Shown here piece after piece: positions 54,902 through 58,486 of a stretch of DNA of 58,486 bases. The translations under genes and the position numbers were made by a program. Positions within the stretch are counted from its first letter, which is position 1. The number at the start of each line of letters is the position of its first letter. The notes beneath the pieces were generated by a model. That model was given only the letters and a program-made list of their open reading frames with translations, did no database searches and had not been told where the DNA came from. The DNA comes from a virus (taxonomy: Duplodnaviria; Caudoviricetes): positions 1-58,486 of the IMG/VR virus record IMGVR_UViG_3300032246_000177; one strand, written 5' to 3'.

Positions 54902-55804
54902 ATGTTTGGATTTAACCCATTTGCCTCGGCTCCCTTTGCAGATACAGGGGGAGTTGTATCCGTTTCAGTAAGCGTTAATGTTACTGGGGTACAAGCCGTT
55001 GGGTATTTAGGCACTGCAAGTGTAACAGGTTCAGCTAATGTATCCGTAACAGGCACTCAAGCTATTGGTTATGTAGGCACAGTAAATACCGCTGCTGGTG
55101 TAGGAGTTCTTGTTACTGGAGTCCAAGGTGTAGGTCAAGTAGGTACTGTAAATACCACTGCAGGCGCAAACGTGCCCGTAACAGGCGTTCAAGGCATAGG
55201 TCAGGTAGGCACTGTAACCGTACAAATAGGCTCTTTTGCTTATGTAACAGGCGTTCAAGCTGTAGGACAAACTGGAACTGCTAGGGTCACAGGAAGTGCA
55301 AATGTATTAGTAACTGGTGTTGTAGGTGTAACCCAGCTAGGCACCGCTTCCGTAACTGCCGCAGCAAACGTATCTGTAACTGGAGTCCAAGCAGTAGGTA
55401 AAGTAGGCACTGTAACTGTAGCGGCAAATGCTAATGCTTATGTAACAGGCATACAAGGTATTGGTCAACTGGGAACTGTTTCTGTAAAAGGTACTGCTAA
55501 TATATCTCTAACAGGCGTTCAGGGCGTTGGTCAGTTGGGTAATGTAAGTATCCAATTAACCCAAAATATTAGGGTTACTGGGGTTCAAGCAGTAGGCTAT
55601 GTAGGCAATGCAAGGGTTACTGGCAACGCTAATATCTACTTAACAGGCGTTCAAGCACAGGGTATAATCGGTCAAGTGCTAGTTTGGGGACAAATTCCGG
55701 ATGTGCCGGACCCCGGCTGGACAAATATAGACGATGATTCAGGATCTGGTTGGAGTCAAATTGATGACTTAGAAACCACAAATTGGGAACTTATAGCAGC
55801 ATAA
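54902..55804 (+). CDS. 22-aa tandem repeat virion protein
   Basis: About 11 VxVTGVQ(A/G)VGQxGTxxV repeats; MFG..PFA..PFA N-terminus. Confidence 0.75.
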   Translation: MFGFNPFASAPFADTGGVVSVSVSVNVTGVQAVGYLGTASVTGSANVSVTGTQAIGYVGTVNTAAGVGVLVTGVQGVGQVGTVNTTAGANVPVTGVQGIGQVGTVTVQIGSFAYVTGVQAVGQTGTARVTGSANVLVTGVVGVTQLGTASVTAAANVSVTGVQAVGKVGTVTVAANANAYVTGIQGIGQLGTVSVKGTANISLTGVQGVGQLGNVSIQLTQNIRVTGVQAVGYVGNARVTGNANIYLTGVQAQGIIGQVLVWGQIPDVPDPGWTNIDDDSGSGWSQIDDLETTNWELIAA

Positions 55805-55814
55805 AGGAAAATAA

Positions 55815-57170
55815 ATGCCATCAACCTATTCAACATCGCTCAAACTAGAGCTTATCGGTAACGGCGAACAAGCCGGTGCTTGGGGTACGACCACTAATAA
55901 CAACTTAGGAACTCTCCTAGAGCAAGCCATTACTGGTGTGTTGCCATTAACTATTTACGGTGATACTACTCTTACAAACTACAATGGTTTATCAGATGAA
56001 GCCCGCAATGCGGTGCTGTTTTTAACTGGTAACTTGACTTCTTCTGCTAACGTCATTGCCCCATCTGGACAACAAAAAGTATACATTGTCCGTAACTTTA
56101 CTGGCAATACAGTTAATATTAAAACAACCTCTGGAAACGCTGTCTCTCTAACAAATGCTGCCTCTGCAGTAGTATTTACTGATGGAACAGATTTTTATTC
56201 GGCAACAACTTTAAACTTTATTGATGGTAATTTAACTGTTACTGGCACTACTACTTTGGGTGGTACATTAACAGCGAATAGCACAGTAGTTCTTAAAGGT
56301 GATGTTTTTTGTAATAGCAATACTGGCCAAATTTATTTACCATCAGGAAATACAGCATCTAGGAATAATTCAGCTCCTGTCAATGGTTTAATTCGCTATA
56401 ACTCTACTGGTAACTTTTTTGAAGGCTATGCAAATAGCACTTGGATTAAATTTGTTGTACAAAACCAAGCTGGATACACTATTAATTATTTAGTTGTTGC
56501 TGGCGGCGGTGGCTCTGGCGGTGGTCAAGGTGGTGGTGGCGCTGGTGGTGCCGGTCAAGTAATTTCTAGTTCATCTTTTGTTGTTCAAGGATCTACGACT
56601 TGGACTGTATATATTGGTGGTGGTGGTGCTGGTGGAAGCGCTGGAACATCAGGAACAGCCAGCTATATTACAGGCGTTGCCAATGCTTCTACTGGTGGTG
56701 GTGGTGGTACTATTTCGCCCGACCAAAATGCTGGTGGTAATGGTGGTGCATCAGGAAACGGTTATGCTGGCGCAAGTGGGTCATACAATCCAAATCAATA
56801 TTCTGGCGGTGGTGGTGGTGCCGCTGCTGCAGCAAGTGGCAATAGCGGTGGTATTGGTGTAAACACTACTATTAGAGGCACATCAGAATACTTTGGCGGT
56901 GGCGGCGGCGGTACATCTAGTGGTTCAGGAGGTGCTGGCGGTGGCGGAACTGGAGCTGGAGTTGGTGCTGGAACGGCTGGAAGTGTAAATTCTGGCGGTG
57001 GTGGCGGCGGTGGTAATAATAACGGTGTAAATAATGGTGGTTCTGGAGTAGTAATTTTACAGTTCCCAACCGCTTACTATTCTGGCGTTATTACAGGATC
57101 TCCAACAGTTACCACTAGTGGGGCAAATACTATCCTTACATTTACTGGATCAGGAACGTATCAATTATGA
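55815..57170 (+). CDS. Tail protein with Gly-rich domain (paralog 4)
   Basis: STYS..LKLEL...GEQAGAWG..TN N-terminus plus the shared module and Gly-rich C-terminus. Confidence 0.75.
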   Translation: MPSTYSTSLKLELIGNGEQAGAWGTTTNNNLGTLLEQAITGVLPLTIYGDTTLTNYNGLSDEARNAVLFLTGNLTSSANVIAPSGQQKVYIVRNFTGNTVNIKTTSGNAVSLTNAASAVVFTDGTDFYSATTLNFIDGNLTVTGTTTLGGTLTANSTVVLKGDVFCNSNTGQIYLPSGNTASRNNSAPVNGLIRYNSTGNFFEGYANSTWIKFVVQNQAGYTINYLVVAGGGGSGGGQGGGGAGGAGQVISSSSFVVQGSTTWTVYIGGGGAGGSAGTSGTASYITGVANASTGGGGGTISPDQNAGGNGGASGNGYAGASGSYNPNQYSGGGGGAAAAASGNSGGIGVNTTIRGTSEYFGGGGGGTSSGSGGAGGGGTGAGVGAGTAGSVNSGGGGGGGNNNGVNNGGSGVVILQFPTAYYSGVITGSPTVTTSGANTILTFTGSGTYQL

Positions 57171-57379
57171 TTATTGAACAACAAGCTAAAGAGCTATCTC
57201 CAGAAGTTACAGAAGTTGCAACCAAGGTTGAGATCTATTGCCCAAATTGCAGTCGGGATGTAGACGAAACCGAGTTAACTGCAAAACAATGTAACGACTG
57301 TGGCGCAGATTTAACGCAGCCTGAACAGCATGTAGCGGTTGCAGTAACCTCGGTGCCTGTTATTGGTATTACTTGGTAG
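57167..57379 (+). CDS. Zinc-ribbon protein
   Basis: CPNC...CNDC. Confidence 0.6.
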   Translation: MIIEQQAKELSPEVTEVATKVEIYCPNCSRDVDETELTAKQCNDCGADLTQPEQHVAVAVTSVPVIGITW

Positions 57380-57380
57380 C

Positions 57381-57584
57381 ATGAAACGTAACGCTATGGG
57401 TGCTATGCACTCGAAGACCATGTGGTTTTCCCTTGCTATGGTAATTCTTGGCGTGGTATATGATAACTTTTCGTATTTACAAGATGTTATTAACCCCAAG
57501 TACTACGGATCAATCTTTATTGGAATTGGTATTATCTGCGCAGTTTTAAGGTTTTATACAACTATGCCATTGGATGAAAAATGA
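57381..57584 (+). CDS. Putative holin
   Basis: Two TM helices, SKTMWF...LRFYTT; lysis region. Confidence 0.6.
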   Translation: MKRNAMGAMHSKTMWFSLAMVILGVVYDNFSYLQDVINPKYYGSIFIGIGIICAVLRFYTTMPLDEK

Positions 57585-58138
57585 ATTATATTCTTTATGC
57601 GTTAGTGTTAGTGCCTATTAACTTAATTGGTACAATTCTTACATTTCCATTAGCTTTTATCATTGGTATTTGCTATAGCACTCAAATTGGCTGGTGCAAC
57701 AACGCTACTGTATGGCAATCAGGCCCACGCCTATGGACATGGTTACATTGGTTTCAAACGCCTGATAACAGTTTAGATGGCGACCAAACCTTTAGGGCAG
57801 AGCATAACCCTTGTTGGTGGTCAAAAGTGCAGTGGTTATGGCGTAATCCGTTCTATGGTTTTGATGTCAAGTTTATTGATGGCTCTTCTGGCATGACTTA
57901 TCAAGGCGACATAAACTGCAATGATACCCATGAAGGCACTATCCGTGTACAAGGTCATGGACTATGGCAATACAACTCCTATCATAAGTTTTCCAACAAA
58001 ATGATTTGTTTAAATTTTGGGCATAACATTCGTGCGCTGGTTGACCCAGCTTTTATTACTCCTGACCAATGGCACGACAATACAGCGCTGATTAAGAACT
58101 ACCCAGCAACATTTGCGTTCACAATAAGGTTTGTCTAA
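57581..58138 (+). CDS. Membrane-anchored hypothetical protein
   Basis: N-terminal TM; WFQTPDNSLDGD...WLWRNP.YGF. Confidence 0.7.
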   Translation: MNYILYALVLVPINLIGTILTFPLAFIIGICYSTQIGWCNNATVWQSGPRLWTWLHWFQTPDNSLDGDQTFRAEHNPCWWSKVQWLWRNPFYGFDVKFIDGSSGMTYQGDINCNDTHEGTIRVQGHGLWQYNSYHKFSNKMICLNFGHNIRALVDPAFITPDQWHDNTALIKNYPATFAFTIRFV

Positions 58139-58486
58139 TGTTTCCATTACCAATTACAGGCTGGATCATGATTGCGCTTTCGGTAGCTGCTTTGGGCGGT
58201 ATCGGCTATGGTAAATATGAATCCGCTAAATACGATGCCTATGTATCCAAAGCAGAATCAGCCGCCAAAGAACAGGAAGTAATTAATCAATACAAAGCTA
58301 AAGAAGCTGCACAAGTAAACGAAAAGGTAAAAAATGATTACGAAAATAAACTCGCTCTTATTAAGCGTACTTATGGTGGGATGCGCCTCACCAGTGCCAG
58401 TGAAGCAAGCCAAGTTTCCGGAACCTCCAGTAGTACTGATGGCACCCCCGCCGACCCTAAATTTATTGTAAATTGCGCAATAACTA
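58138..58486 (+). CDS. i-spanin (Rz-like), 3'-truncated
   Basis: N-terminal TM then coiled coil; frame is open to the window end. Confidence 0.7.
   Translation, partial: MFPLPITGWIMIALSVAALGGIGYGKYESAKYDAYVSKAESAAKEQEVINQYKAKEAAQVNEKVKNDYENKLALIKRTYGGMRLTSASEASQVSGTSSSTDGTPADPKFIVNCAIT
58334..58471 (+). CDS. o-spanin (Rz1-like) embedded in the Rz gene
   Basis: +1 frame MITKINSLLLSVLMVG-CASPVPVKQAKFPEPPVVLMAPPPTLNLL: lipobox-like and Pro-rich. Confidence 0.75.
   Translation: MITKINSLLLSVLMVGCASPVPVKQAKFPEPPVVLMAPPPTLNLL

Noticed and set aside
50869-57170. Diversity-generating retroelement acting on fibre genes
   Set aside because: No reverse transcriptase and no TR/VR pair differing only at adenines in the window.
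1-58486. Integrase/att site, DNA polymerase, alternative genetic code
   Set aside because: No such motifs seen; genes read intact in the standard code with all three stop codons in use.

Overview
The window is most of a dsDNA tailed-phage genome (Caudoviricetes, podovirus-type with a P22-like portal). It is cut inside a virion gene at the left end and inside the spanin gene at the right end. The host is inferred to be a Gram-negative beta/gammaproteobacterium, from the spanins, CTGT-N8-ACAG SOS boxes, an RpoD-region-4 mimic and a PhaR-like box. Layout: (1) 1-9158 (+) internal virion/ejection proteins; (2) 9238-10547 (+) metallophosphoesterase and HExxH protein; (3) 10618-23523 (-) recombination genes, a five-enzyme glycan cluster and many small ORFs; (4) 23608-30185 (+) RusA, a regulatory intergenic region, ParB-like protein, SF2 helicase, C5 methyltransferase and primase; (5) 30151-33929 (-) small early genes; (6) 34295-58486 (+) terminases, portal, GroES, scaffold, capsid, small basic proteins, tail and Gly-rich fibre proteins, lysis genes. 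No integrase, DNA polymerase, tRNA, CRISPR array or reverse transcriptase was seen. The best leads are: a complete hammerhead ribozyme in the early operon; SOS boxes plus a stand-alone LexA DNA-binding domain around the packaging genes; a hydrophobic-x-x-G-G motif at domain borders of capsid-internal proteins; a candidate anti-Shine-Dalgarno sRNA matching the leaders of both leftward operons; a methyltransferase with an overprinted second ORF; several structured RNA candidates; and a glycosyltransferase cluster alongside Asn-rich virion proteins. All family assignments come from motif recognition by eye, with no database search.
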